This document shows positions 13,298 to 25,634 of a DNA stretch of 64,000 nucleotides, piece after piece. Position 1 is the stretch's first letter; every line of letters starts with the position of its first letter. The notes under the pieces were generated by a model, which was not told where the DNA came from, searched no databases, and worked only from the letters and a program-made list of their open reading frames with translations. This stretch comes from Antedon mediterranea (Eukaryota > Animalia > Echinodermata), in contig NC_092679.1 of assembly GCF_964355755.1 (NCBI RefSeq), forward strand, positions 15,731,432 to 15,795,431. The letters run 5' to 3'. A program made the position numbers and the translations under genes.

Positions 13298-14125
13298 ATG
13301 GACAGTCTTGGATTACGTTGTATGAAGTATTTGCTGTTTGCATTCAACTTCATACTTATCATTGGAGGAATAGGACTAATTGGTCTTGGGATAATGCACC
13401 ACACAGAAATTTTGACAGAAATTAAGACGTTTGAACCAATTTTGGACAATAAGCTTTTTGAATATAGTCCAAATATCTTGTTGGGAGTAGGGTCTTTCAT
13501 CTTACTTGTGGGGTTCCTTGGATGTTGCGGCGCCATCACTCAACGCCGCAGTCTTCTGATTGCGTACAACATGTTTCTGTTTATCTTATTTGGCTCACAA
13601 GCAACAACAGGAGCCTTTGCAACATTTTATATATCAAACTATGAGGACAAAATTGGTAAAGGAATTTCATCTGAATTTAAAAGAAGTTACGAGACTGGGA
13701 AAAATGCCGATGTGTGGAGATTTATAGAGGGGACACTGGAGTGTTGTGGATACAAAAATGGGGGAGACTATAAGAACACTGACAAAAAGAAGAATGATGA
13801 AGATTTTCCAGATTTTCCAGAATCGTGTTGCGTTGGAGCATTGCCACTGGGGTATAGGGCTAAAAACCCAGATAAATGTAAAGAGGGATGGAATAATGAT
13901 GTTACCAGTGAAACGGATGATTATCATGGAATTGGTTGCCAACAGCAGATTAAGGATGTAACAGAAACATACTTCGAGTATATCTCTGGTGGTTTGATTG
14001 GAATAGCAATTGTAGAGGTTGTATGCATGATCATTTCAATATATATAACATGTCAGGGTCGTAGGAACCGGAATAATTCATTAAATATCAACCAGCCAAC
14101 TTTGACAGCAGCAACAACATTATAA
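13298..14125 (+). CDS. Tetraspanin A (single-exon CDS, nested antisense in PACS intron 6)
   Basis: 275 aa; four hydrophobic segments; CMKYLLF.FN start, GFLGCCGA, large extracellular loop with CCG, PESCC and GC (6 Cys); AATAAA at 14253. Confidence 0.95.
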   Translation: MDSLGLRCMKYLLFAFNFILIIGGIGLIGLGIMHHTEILTEIKTFEPILDNKLFEYSPNILLGVGSFILLVGFLGCCGAITQRRSLLIAYNMFLFILFGSQATTGAFATFYISNYEDKIGKGISSEFKRSYETGKNADVWRFIEGTLECCGYKNGGDYKNTDKKKNDEDFPDFPESCCVGALPLGYRAKNPDKCKEGWNNDVTSETDDYHGIGCQQQIKDVTETYFEYISGGLIGIAIVEVVCMIISIYITCQGRRNRNNSLNINQPTLTAATTL

Positions 14126-15271
14126 CGTGCTTAAAGCCTGTTTTCCACTAGTCGAATTTGTGCAAATCTAGTGTTTTTACAAAGAAAAAAATTGCACTAT
14201 ATCCCTGTATTCACAAGAGTGTCATTTCCACAATGTTTCTGCTATACTTTTCAATAAACGTGAGGACTCACAAACATGTCATATAAATCATTTCCTGAGC
14301 TCCAATTGTTTTCTGCAATTTTTCGCTTCACCAAAAAGTAGAAACTATACCGAATAATAATATTTGCTTAAGGAAAAAACTCAAGAAACTAGAATTCGTT
14401 GCAGAAAGGTTTTGCCTAAGAAAAAAAATGTTGGTGCCAAGAGATTGCCCGCTTGCTTAAAATTTCACAATTTTTCGTGGCTATGGTTTTGTATAAAAAG
14501 CTGTACAAAGGAATACTTGGAAGAAACAAAAAAAGAAAACACATTGATAAAAACACAGACAGACCACTGAAAGAAAGTAATGTTTATAGCATATGTATGC
14601 AATATATTAACATTGAATTGTTTAAACAACAAACAAGATAAAATATGATTGATAGAGTAGGTTCAATTATGATAAAAACTAGAACTGTTCTTCTTGATAT
14701 GTAAATAAAGCTCTGTCTACACGTCTATCAAACTTCTGTGATGTGCCCAATATGGTAGTGATATGACATCATCGTCTCCATCTACACGTCTATCAAACTT
14801 CTGTGATGTGCCCAATACGGTAGTGATATGACATCATCGTCTCCATTATACAGGAATACAACATTTTTTTGTCGCATACAGTTTGATCTAGTGTAGGCAG
14901 AGCTTACCACAGTATGCTTAAATTAATTATTTGGCAAAATAAAAGCTTACTTGCTTTGTTTATTTACTTGGCTTCTTTTGAATAGAGTATTAATATTAAA
15001 TTAACATTACTTTTTTACAATTTGCAATAAATACTTTTTCACTAATCTATTCCAATTGGTTTTTATTGATATTTAAAAAACAAACCCACAATCTAGATTA
15101 CTATCAGGTCTGAGTTGATGCAAGGTTTGAAAAAGATCATTAACTGATAGGAAGTGGATTCGCTTCAGAGAAAGGAAGTTTGCTGATATAGAAGAGTTCA
15201 CCTGATATGAAAATAGTACACTTTTTTTTTTACGGTATTGTGTAAACCATGTAGTTATGGCACTAACAATT

Positions 15272-15795
15272 CAATGGCTTCTGGAATTTTACTTTATGTT
15301 TTTGTTTATCTTATTTGGCTCACAAGTAACAACAGGCACCTTGGCAACTAAATTTTCTATGAATATTGAGAATTTTATCTGGGTTCGAAACAATTTAGGA
15401 AAACAGGAAAAATGATGAATTAACAAAGGCATGGAGATTTGTAGAGGCAACACATGAGTGTTGTGGATATGATAATGGCCGTGACTATGACACCATTAAC
15501 AACAACAAGAAGAATGATCAACATTTTCCAGATTTTCCCCGAGTCGTGTTGCGTTGGAGCAGTGCCACCGGAGTATAGTGCTGAAAACCCTGATAAATGT
15601 CAAGAGGGATGAAATGATGATGTTACCATTGAAACAGATACAATGTATTATCATGGAGTGGGTTGCAAACAGCAGATTTTGAATGTATTAGATGACTACC
15701 TTTCCTTGATCACAGGTGGTGTGATTGGAATAGCAGTTGTAGAGCTACTGTGTATGATCCTCGTAATATGTGTTTGCCGAAACAGAATTGATTAA
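15272..15795 (+). pseudogene. Tetraspanin pseudogene (5'-truncated)
   Basis: QWLLEFYFMFLFILFGSQVTTG...KAWRFVEATHECCGYDNG...FPDFP/ESCCVGA...GIAVVELLCMI; frameshifts near 15370-15410 and 15540 (extra C), TGG>TGA stop at about 15610; TM1-TM2 missing. Confidence 0.9.
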
Positions 15796-15825
15796 ACAAC
15801 CAAAAATCATGAACAAATTTCTACT

Positions 15826-16192
15826 AATTTTAAGATAATATAGTGACAACACCGAATCCAGAATTAGAAACTACTGAAAAATGTTCTTTTTTTAACCAAT
15901 TTCAAGATAGTATAGTGACAACACCGAATCCAGAATTAGAAACTACTGAAAATGTTCTTTTTTTAACCAATTTCAAGATAGTATAGTGACAACACCGAAT
16001 CCAGAATTAGAAACTACTGAAAATGTTCTTTTTTTAACCAATTTCAAGATAGTATAGTGACAACACCGAATCCAGAATTAGAAACTACGGAAAATGTTCT
16101 TTTTTTAACCAATTTCAAGATAGTATAGTGACAACACCGAATCCAGAATTAGAAACTACTGAAAAATGTTCCTTTTTTTTTTTACCAATTTC
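15826..16192. repeat. 71-bp minisatellite, 5 copies
   Basis: tagtgacaacaccgaatccagaattagaaactac repeats with a 71-72 bp period directly after the pseudogene. Confidence 0.95.
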
Positions 16193-16507
16193 ATTTGTTG
16201 AATTTTTTTATTTACTTGTTTTCACTTCAGACATTTTGTATTGTTTCCCATAATACAAAATAATGGAATCTCAAAACATCAACTTTCAGCAATTTCCATA
16301 ATGCATGTACAGTATATGATTCTATAGATTTGCTATCAGAATTCAATGATTTCCACATTTTTAAGCATGGATATTATTCTCAAAAAGAGTAATCAGAGAG
16401 TTGCGACCTGGTAAAACATGAAAACGGATCTAAAATTGTAAACCAAATCCTGTTTTAAGGAATCTCCCTTTAAATATCATGTGCAGTGCACGCAAAATGC
16501 GCGCTCT

Positions 16508-16665
16508 AAATCTGATTGGATGGAAACTATCTTTTATTTAAATCTGATTAGATAGCAACTCTTTTCATCAAAATCTGATAGATAGGAACTTATTTTGCAT
16601 AAATCTGATTGGATAGCAACTCTTTTTATTTAAATCTGACTGGATAGCAACTCTTTTTATTTAAT
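16508..16665. repeat. About 31-bp tandem repeat (aaatctgattggatagcaactctttttattt), 5 copies
   Basis: Direct reading. Confidence 0.85.
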
Positions 16666-17444
16666 ATGAATATGAATTATTATTATTAGAAAAAAACTGA
16701 TAATTATATATATATATTATTGCACTAGTGTTGCTTTTTCTTATTGTATCTCTATTGTGATCCAGCCATACACACAGCATTGTAATTTTTTCAGTAATTT
16801 GCCTTTGGATTTATATGAAAAAAGTAATGTACATAATTATTAGAACAATTGAATTTTGAATTGAGTATTAAGACTTTGTTTATAATTTGCAATAAATACT
16901 CAGATTTTACTATAGTATTGTTTAAAAAAAATTATAAGTTACTGTAAATTATCAAGTGACCCTTATAAAATTGGTTCAGGTTTTAATGCTTATTTCATCA
17001 TTATAATTTTATAATTTTATTTAATAATAATCAACACGCTCCAGTGAATCCTAATAGTGCATCTATCGCATCAACAGCTTATTACAAAAAAATTAAAATT
17101 ATTTATTATAATCATCTTTAATGATTAAATTACTATTTATAGATTGAAATATTCTGTTCTTTTATTTTACATTTAATTTTAATACATAATTCTATGAACC
17201 AGCTATTATTATACAAAGGTGTTTAAATATCAAATTTGAATGGAAAAGTACAAATCAATAAGTATTGGTTTTGCATATTGATTGAACTGAAACCTTTGAA
17301 AATATGCATGGGTCGATAATAGAAACATAAGAACTATTGAAAGGCTGGATTTTGATGGGGAAGCACATATTTTTCACCAGATTTTTTCCTTTATTAAACT
17401 ATTATTTTATTATTATTAGTATGACACAAATCTTAATGAAAAAT

Positions 17445-17570
17445 GGAATTTCCTTTGATTGTAGCCTGTATTGTGTTCCATTACATAACAAAAGCTTACG
17501 CACGCTTCATTTGCATCATAATGTATACCCCCAGGTGGTAAATCGACGATTCCAACATGTTTGTTTACAG
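17445..17570 (+). promoter_or_regulatory. Conserved upstream module of tetraspanin B (kappaB-like GGAATTTCC 17445-53; octamer ATTTGCAT 17509-16)
   Basis: Alignable to 21507-21630 and 20711-20830; motifs read directly; regulatory function inferred. Confidence 0.5.
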
Positions 17571-17712
17571 TAACGATTACACATACAATATGAAATAAAA
17601 TTCACCACACCCACGGCATTTCAATACTGACGCAGTTTACGCACATTTCTTTCATTTCAGTCAGGCATTTCTTTAATTTTTAACACTAACATTAACAAAT
17701 AAACCTAGAAAC

Positions 17713-18558
17713 ATGGAAGGCAGCTGTGGAAGTTGTATGAAATATCTGTTGTTTGTATTCAACTTCATTATTTGGGTTGGAGGAGCAGGAATATTAGCTC
17801 TTGGAATAATACTGTACATAGGAGTTGAAGATTGGATTAAAATTGAAGAATTGGAGACACTGTTGAATAATGATGACGAGCTTTTGGAGTACAGTTCATA
17901 TATCCTGTTGGGAGCAGGTTCGTTCATCTTTATTGTGGCGTTTATGGGTTGTTGCGGCGCTATCAGTGAATGCCGATGGCTTCTGGGCTTGTATTTTGTG
18001 TTTCTGTTTATCGTTTTTTGCGCACAAGTTACCGCTGGTGTCTTTGCTTCATTATTTTCGATGGAATTTGAGGAAGCTGTGGATGAAAACATGTTATCCG
18101 GGTTTAAACAAGCTTATGGGGACGGAGAATACGCAGAAGGGTTGACCAGAGCATGGAGATTAGCGGAGGCATCATTGGAGTGTTGTGGATACAATAATGG
18201 CGACGACTATAACTACGCTAGAAATGTATCCATATATTATTATAGTGGTGATAAAAAAGATGATGGATTTCCAGATTTTCCTGAATCGTGCTGCGTTGGA
18301 GCTTCGGATCCGGACTACATGTCTACAGATGAAGCTCAATGTAGGAGCTCGTGGGATAATGATATGGAACGTCTAAAGGATACAGAGTCTTATCACGGGA
18401 AAGGTTGCAAACAGAGGCTTTCTGATCTGATAGATGAGTACATACACTGGATCATAGGAGGTGCGATTGGAATCGCAGTTGTAGAGCTAATCTGCATGAT
18501 CTTCGCAATATGTGTTTGCAGAAGCATTGGGAATAGTAATGACACAATCAACAAGTAA
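17713..18558 (+). CDS. Tetraspanin B (single-exon CDS)
   Basis: 281 aa; CMKYLLFVFN, AFMGCCGA, CCG, PESCC, GKGC, TM4 with ELICMI..CVC; closest of the three to the tetraspanin consensus; AATAAA just after the stop. Confidence 0.96.
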   Translation: MEGSCGSCMKYLLFVFNFIIWVGGAGILALGIILYIGVEDWIKIEELETLLNNDDELLEYSSYILLGAGSFIFIVAFMGCCGAISECRWLLGLYFVFLFIVFCAQVTAGVFASLFSMEFEEAVDENMLSGFKQAYGDGEYAEGLTRAWRLAEASLECCGYNNGDDYNYARNVSIYYYSGDKKDDGFPDFPESCCVGASDPDYMSTDEAQCRSSWDNDMERLKDTESYHGKGCKQRLSDLIDEYIHWIIGGAIGIAVVELICMIFAICVCRSIGNSNDTINK

Positions 18559-20926
18559 AAACTATATTATTCTAACAATAAAAATGAAAAGTTTTTTGTT
18601 ACTACAATTTAATGCTCTTGTGATTTTCTATGAAGCAGTGTTAAAGGAATCAGTCACTTGTCACAAATACAAGAACATAAAGCCTACCATAGCCAGAAAC
18701 AAAACAATTATTACAGCTGGCCCGGGAGAACAAACTTTGATTACTATGTACAGGCTCTGGGCATAGAGATATTATAATATCTCTATGCTCTGGGACTGCC
18801 TTTACATATTAAACACTCATCATTGGACAATTTTAAGACAGTTTTCAAAACTCAATTGTTGTAATTTTATTTTTGATAGCAATGACCATTGCAATGGCAA
18901 TTAATTGATTTTTATTTTGTTGAATAATGATGGATACTTGATAACAAATTAAAAAAAAAAATTTTTTTTTGCATTGTTAAACCAAAACTTTTTTTTGACC
19001 TGTAAATACTGATAACTGTGCACATAAACTGTATTTTTTCAAAAAAATCATTGAAAAACAAGAACAAATTAAATTTTTAATTTTCAAGCATTGATTCAAT
19101 TGACAATTTTCTTATTGTTTAACAAAAATTGAATATACAAGAAGTGACGGTTTCCTTTTGTCCCCGCTACTAATATGAAATTTTAGTTTTTTAAGAATAA
19201 TTAAATTGGTTTTTCAAACAAGGATTAAAATGTAATTTAAATTTCATAAAATAAACCATACTATAATTCTTGGGAGAAGTTTTATGAATGTGTAAAAATT
19301 GTATATAACACTAATTTATCTTTTGAAATTAGTTTAGTTTATCATTGCTTGTAATACTTTCAACATTCCATTAAATAAATCATTACTGTTTAAACGAAAA
19401 AGATGAGAAAATCTGACAGGACTAAAACAAGTTTGTCCAACCATGTTGTATCCATTTAACCGCTGGGGCATGATAGTGGTATGTTGAAATTCAATAGTAT
19501 AGCACTAATTCTTTTTACTTTCATTGTACTGTGGAACTTTCGATTATATGTACGCTGATTTGTTTAAAGTTTCTTTACCATTAAAAAATATAAACATTAA
19601 GTACTACAAGATATTCAAATATTATTAAAAGGCTTTTTTTAGTCATTGTGTTTTATCTTGATACCATTAATGCCATTAAACAAATGTTAGAAATAAAAGA
19701 AAAAGTTATCTTATACTTTTAGATTGTTGGTCAGTTTCTGTATCGATTCAACACAGGTTTAATTGTATTTACGCTGACCGAGTTTCTCTACTATTACAAA
19801 TATAAATATTAGTAGTTATAAGTAAATATATAACTAGTATATTCTTGTATTAAAAATTAGAAAAGTTAAAAGCCCTATTATTAATCAGTATTAAGCATTA
19901 TTAAGTGTAGCTATTGGTTTACTTTTGAGAATCAATTTTGTAAATACAGTGGTGTTGGTTAAAATACTTTATACCCAATTGGGTAATTAGTGTAAAAATA
20001 GTAAAAATAGTAACAACATTTATTTGATTTAATAATACTTAATTTCATAATAAAAATTAACATAAAAAGTTTCAAATTCAAAATTGATATACCGTAAAAA
20101 GCCTTGAAATCAGTTATATTGTATAATGAACTTGGATTGTGTGATTGTGACCCGAACCCAAGACTCTGTGACACCAAGTATGAAAAGGTTAAACTCAGAC
20201 AGCATCGTACGAAAAGGCCCAAAAAAAAAGTCTTGACTTGTCAGTGCTGTCTGAGTTTAAGGTGTAGTTTTTAAGTTGTGGGTAGGACTTTAAACATGTT
20301 TGATTTTCTTCCGTTGAGATGACTCGTTGGGTTGGGCCTAAGAAATTTAACTGTTCAGAGATATTATTTTGTCATTGTCCAAAAACAAAATCTAATTGAT
20401 CTGGACATATAAATAAAGTTTGTTTCAAATGGAATTAGGAAAAGTTTGTTTTGAATCATTATTTTTTAATTTACTACAAATATAATCATCTTTACTAAAC
20501 TATTCCATTCAACAGTTTTTATTGTCTTTTACCAGCGAATTTATTTGCGCAAGGACAACGCATCATCATGCGTATTCACATTTCAATTTTCAAATCCATT
20601 TCTGTGACAAATTCTAATTCCATCAGTTTTTGCTTCAGCAACCAGTTCAAACAGTTTCTACTTTTTCCAAAGTATGTAGTTTATTACAGATAACTCTTCT
20701 CAAATCAGGTGGAATTTTCTTTGCTCATTGTTTGTGTTCCGTTGTATAATAAAAACTTACGCACGCTTCATTTGTGCATTACAATAAATACCCCCAGTTA
20801 ATAAATCGATGATTCCAAAATGTTTATTTATATGGTTTCAAGAAAATAAATGCATCACAGCTATACCTTATTAATGTAGTTTAGGCACATCAATCAGGCA
20901 CTGTTTTTAATTTTTGAAAAATTACA

Positions 20927-20990
20927 ATGAATCTACAAAATATGGATTACGTTGTATGAAATATCAGTGTTTGTATTTCACTTCATAATT
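20927..20990 (+). pseudogene. Tetraspanin 5' relic with its upstream module (20700-20990)
   Basis: ggattacgttgtatgaaatat...tttgtatttcacttcataatt aligns with GLRCMKYLLFVFNFII but is frameshifted; 20711-20830 aligns with 17445-17570. Confidence 0.75.
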
Positions 20991-21506
20991 TAAATTAATA
21001 TTTCAAATCAAATTTAGATAGAAACAATTCATTCAATTAAATAATAAACATGAATATCAATTAATATGTACGGGAGTTTTAAATCAAAATTGAGTCAAAT
21101 AAGAAACTTGGAATTCGTATGGAATCGAACCTAGACGTTTGTGACATTATGGATAACACTGTATGCATGTCAACTATTGTTTACAGTTTTATATTGCCAT
21201 TGTCATAAAAAGTAATCTAATTCGATCTTTGCATTTCAAAATAAGTTTGATTTAAACTACGGTTTATGTACAATTTTATTTTAACTATAATATTATTTGT
21301 TTAAATTTTGCAATAAATATTCATATTTATAAACTACTCCAACTATATCTATATTTCTTTAATGACAAAGAAGCTAGTCATGTAAATAACAAAAAAACTG
21401 TTACGGTAACTTTTATCATCCAAATTTGTTATTACGATTGATTTGTTGACAGCAACATCATTTTATCCGAATTTCAATTTATTAGAATACAACAGATTTA
21501 GAAATT

Positions 21507-21630
21507 GGAAATTCCATTGATCGCACTAGCCTGTATTGTGTTACATTGTATAATACAGCTTTCACATGCTTCATTTGCATCATAATTTACCATTTATGTA
21601 TAAATAGATGATTACACATAATGCTTGCTT
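21507..21630 (+). promoter_or_regulatory. Conserved upstream module of tetraspanin C (GGAAATTCC 21507-15; ATTTGCAT 21573-80)
   Basis: Same order and similar spacing of motifs as upstream of tetraspanin B. Confidence 0.5.
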
Positions 21631-21753
21631 ATATAGTTATACACAAAGCAAAATGCACCACATCAACAACACTCACTGACGACGCAACTAACACACATTT
21701 CAATAAGACATTTCTTTTTATTCTGTAAGACTATAACGAAGGAACCAACAAAT

Positions 21754-22581
21754 ATGGGGATTTGTGGATTACGTCGTACAAAATGTTTGCTGTTCGTATT
21801 CAACATCATATTACTTTTGAGTGGAGGAGGATTATTGGGTCTTGGAATAGTATTAAAAACAGGAGCTGGAAAGTGGCTTAAAATTGAAGACCTAGAAACT
21901 ATCCTGAACCATGCTAAAGACCTTTTGAAACACAGTTCACATTTGCTTTTGGCAGCAGGCTCAATCCTCATTTTTGTGGGGGCAATTGGCTGTTATGGCA
22001 TTTGCAAAGAATGCCAATGGTTTCTGACTACGTATTTTGTGGTTCTCATTATTGGGTTTTGCTTACAAGTAACCGCAAGTATCTTAGCATCAAGAGCATT
22101 GGAACTTGCCAAGGCTGAAAACAACACCATGTTATCTGCGTTTGAAATGATTTATGGGAATGAAGAAAATGCAGACAGTTTGAAAAAAGCATGGAGGTTA
22201 GCAGAGACGAAATTTAACTGTTGTGGATATAATAATGGCACCGACTATAACTATGTTAGAAATGTATCCATGTATTATTATAGTGATGACAAAAAAGATG
22301 ATGGATTTCCAGATTTTCCCGAATCATGCTGCGTTGGAGCATGGATGGGTAAAGCCTCAGATCCAGAATACATTGCTGAAAATCCTGCAAAATGTAGGGA
22401 ATCGTGGGATAATAATATGACTCGTGTAGAGGATACAGACTTTTATCATGGAATGAGTTGCAAACAGAAACTTTACAATTGCATATACTGGATCTCAGGT
22501 GGTGCGATTGGAGTCGCATTCCTAGAGTTACTATGCATGATCTTTGTAATACGTCTTTGCCGAAACATTGAACACTATTAA
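21754..22581 (+). CDS. Tetraspanin C (single-exon CDS)
   Basis: 275 aa; four TM segments, CCG, PESCC; large loop nearly identical to tetraspanin B at YNY.RNVS.YYYS.DKKDDGFPDFPESCCVGA. Confidence 0.94.
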   Translation: MGICGLRRTKCLLFVFNIILLLSGGGLLGLGIVLKTGAGKWLKIEDLETILNHAKDLLKHSSHLLLAAGSILIFVGAIGCYGICKECQWFLTTYFVVLIIGFCLQVTASILASRALELAKAENNTMLSAFEMIYGNEENADSLKKAWRLAETKFNCCGYNNGTDYNYVRNVSMYYYSDDKKDDGFPDFPESCCVGAWMGKASDPEYIAENPAKCRESWDNNMTRVEDTDFYHGMSCKQKLYNCIYWISGGAIGVAFLELLCMIFVIRLCRNIEHY

Positions 22582-23039
22582 AATTTACCACTGTGTAAAT
22601 TCAAACCATTAGAATTGCACATTTTTATTTATAATTTAGAATTATTTTGTAATATACTATGAACCAGTGTCATGATACACAAAAAGTAAATAAAAGTATT
22701 TATTAAAAGTTTTTAAAATAGGAAACTATTAAGAGTCATCCTTTGTTTCAACACAAGTATATTTAGACCAGTGTTGTTCATTCAAATTTTAGTTGAATAG
22801 TAATAGTATTTTTTATTTACAATAAATTTATAAAAATATTCTGTTTTTATTGGTTTTTTTTAAAATAAAGGGTACAATATGGTTGAAGCTTTTTATAGTG
22901 ATATGCTCATTTAATCATTTAATTTGATTATTTACAGGTAAGTAACTAACAACAAGCAGTTGTGTTTATAATCATAAAAGGGCAAACAAAGTTGCTATGT
23001 TAGCTACAGTAGTACTACGTCGTGCGGTAATTTCCTGAT

Positions 23040-23860
23040 TTATCGTAATCAAAACAGTACTGGGTTTGGTCTACTAGCGTTCCTGCTCCCAACTCGTCAT
23101 CCATTCATAGAAGCCTTGATGAAGTAAGCCTACCTGGTGGTGACTATAGCATGGTCCCGAGATAATGACTATACTTCGGCTTTAGTCGATAGAAGATTGA
23201 AATGTTTTGTTAGAGAGAGTACACTGTGTTTGATTCAAAGACTATATTGAATTGATGTTTCGTGTTATTATAGATAGGAAGATGAAGATGGTAGTTGGAT
23301 GTAATGATCTTGTATATCGTTTAGATTGTCATGCAGTAAATTGGTTGATCCATGCCGTTTTGGTTAATCCATATTATTTTATACATACTTTTAATAATTG
23401 TTATGATTATAATATTAATAAAAATAATATTTGTCAGTATAAATTTCATAATATAAAAAAGTAGATATAAAAAAGAAAAGCAAAGAGATTATGGAGCGGC
23501 TATTCCTGAATATAAATTTTAGGCGATCACGTCAAAGGTCAAGCGCCTATAGCCTGCTACCTTTCGATATTCAATATTGAACTTGACCTGACGTTGGACT
23601 TGAAATCCTGATCACACAATCAGTATAGTATATAGTAAAATAGCTAGCTAGTATTTTGAAATTTCTAATTTGTGATTAAAAAAAATACATTCTCATAGAC
23701 AGAGTCTAAAATAGTGGATGGAAGATTATTCCACAGTTTCGGTCCAGGGTATCTTATATTTTGTTGGAACGAGTTGGTTTTATGTCCTTATTCTGTGGAT
23801 AAAAGAGTGAAAAGGAAGGTTGCTGAAGGGAAAGGGAGTGTTGGCCTAGGAAAAAAACAC
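23040..23860 (-). mobile_element. Decayed CR1/L2-type LINE fragments
   Basis: Reverse strand about 23715-23755 encodes RYPGPKLWNNLPS, typical of the CR1/L2 ORF2 C-terminus; endonuclease-like relics (GLTKTAW, DHAIV) nearby; no long ORF. Confidence 0.45.
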
Positions 23861-23914
23861 AAGGAAGGCAAGAAGGAAATTGTATTGACTTTCCTTGCAT
23901 CATATTTTACTTAC

Positions 23915-24015
23915 CTGGTTTTCCAGATTCTCTCCACTATCACTATTGTCCTGATCTGACGAGTAAGAATCATCATCATCATCACTTTCATTGTACCCTG
24001 CATCAGCAATGTTAT
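23915..24015 (-). CDS. PACS: PACS exon 6 (acidic cluster region)
   Basis: DNIADAGYNESDDDDDSYSSDQDNSDSGENLENQ; pyrimidine tract + AAG acceptor, CAG|GTAAGT donor; 101 nt restores phase 0. Confidence 0.9.
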
Positions 24016-25634
24016 CTTAAAAGAAGAAAAAACAAATTCTTTAATAAATTGATAGAAATTAATCAATTTATTTATTCCAGATGCTGATTAACGATTGATA
24101 CATTTTGACTGAACATTAGGAAGTTTTCTATTTGTGAAGACTGACAACCTATGTCAATATATTGTTTGAAAGTTTGCATGGCAAAATCGATATTTTTGCA
24201 GTACACCACGTATATAGTCCTGAAAAAAACTATTGAGTGTCGAGAGGACATATATTGATCGAAACGTCGGTAACTATTAGAGGTGTACCGCAAACTTAAT
24301 ATCAACCTATATCAATGAATTCCATTTTTTATGTATTTTTGTTCTGTGCATCGATTCTGTGCAACTTATCTCAACAGTTAGGACATGTCAATTGATGTGT
24401 CGTCGGTCATTGTCTGGACCTAGAAACCACCAAACTGGGTTAATGAATAGAGCAAAGGATCGCATGCACACAATAAATTGACATGACTTAGGTCATAGCA
24501 AATCAAAAACTCCATATTTTGGAATACGCATATTGGGTCAAATCCTTATTTTTGAAAACTAAAATGTATTCTGTTGTTTAAACATATTAAACAAAACTAT
24601 AACAACATTTGGAATCTTCCAAAGTTACTAAAGGAAATAGTGTCTATTTTACTATGAAAAAAGAAAATTAATTTCGACTTGTTCCAAATTGCGTCTGATT
24701 TCCTTTGCTGATGCCACATATATTACTAAACTAAAATAACAAATTGGTGTTAACAGCAATAGAGAAATGATTTTATTTTGAATTCACATAATTTTAACTT
24801 TCGACTAGCAAACCTTTTGCATCTACATCCATCCATAACATAACATAACAAATAAATAAATAGGTCATCTATAATTAGCTATCCAATCACACATGATTTG
24901 AACTCTAATAATCAAAGCGCTGAATGAATATGGTGATGTAATTCAATTGGGTCCCGTGGGCCTTGTGCTTTCTTATTGGTGAATTAATTATAGTTTAAAA
25001 ATAGCAGCCACAGATGAATTTGTGGAATGACTATTGAAAAATAGAAACGATGACTGACATACTGTATAGTATTAAATAGTATGTTTATTATTTTTACATC
25101 ATACATATTTTTTATATATTATTATAAAGATATATTGTCCCCTGAAAAAATGATTTTTTTAATTTTTTTGTTGTTGAATGCTATTTTAATGTCACATAAT
25201 AGTTATTTACCTTGACCAAAAATTGGGTCGACAAAATTATTTACCTGAGAAAACTGTAATTTTAAGCAAAAAATAGTCAAATTATCTGCTAGACAATAAA
25301 TTTTTGATTAAATTTAACTTTTGCTGTTAGTCTTTTTATAAGGGAAATCACTTTTTTCCCTTTTTTTTCTATGTAAGTGAATAACTTCAGAAATACTGCA
25401 AAATGGCTTATTCAAAGTCTGATTTTTATAAATTGTTATTGTTCAGGAGGGCTTTTTTCTATATATTAGTATTACTGACCATTAAACCTGCAGTATTATA
25501 ATCCTATGCTCGATAGATCCCACTTCTAAATTTAGGTTCAATTTAGACACAAAACTTTATATTGTTCAACCCAAATATAATCCCACCTCTTAATATTTGA
25601 TTCTGTAGCTAGGCCCTATGGTATTATACTATAA

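Noticed and set aside
13270-22591. Antisense and alternate-frame ORFs overlapping the tetraspanins
   Set aside because: Shadows of real coding sequence with no recognisable domains
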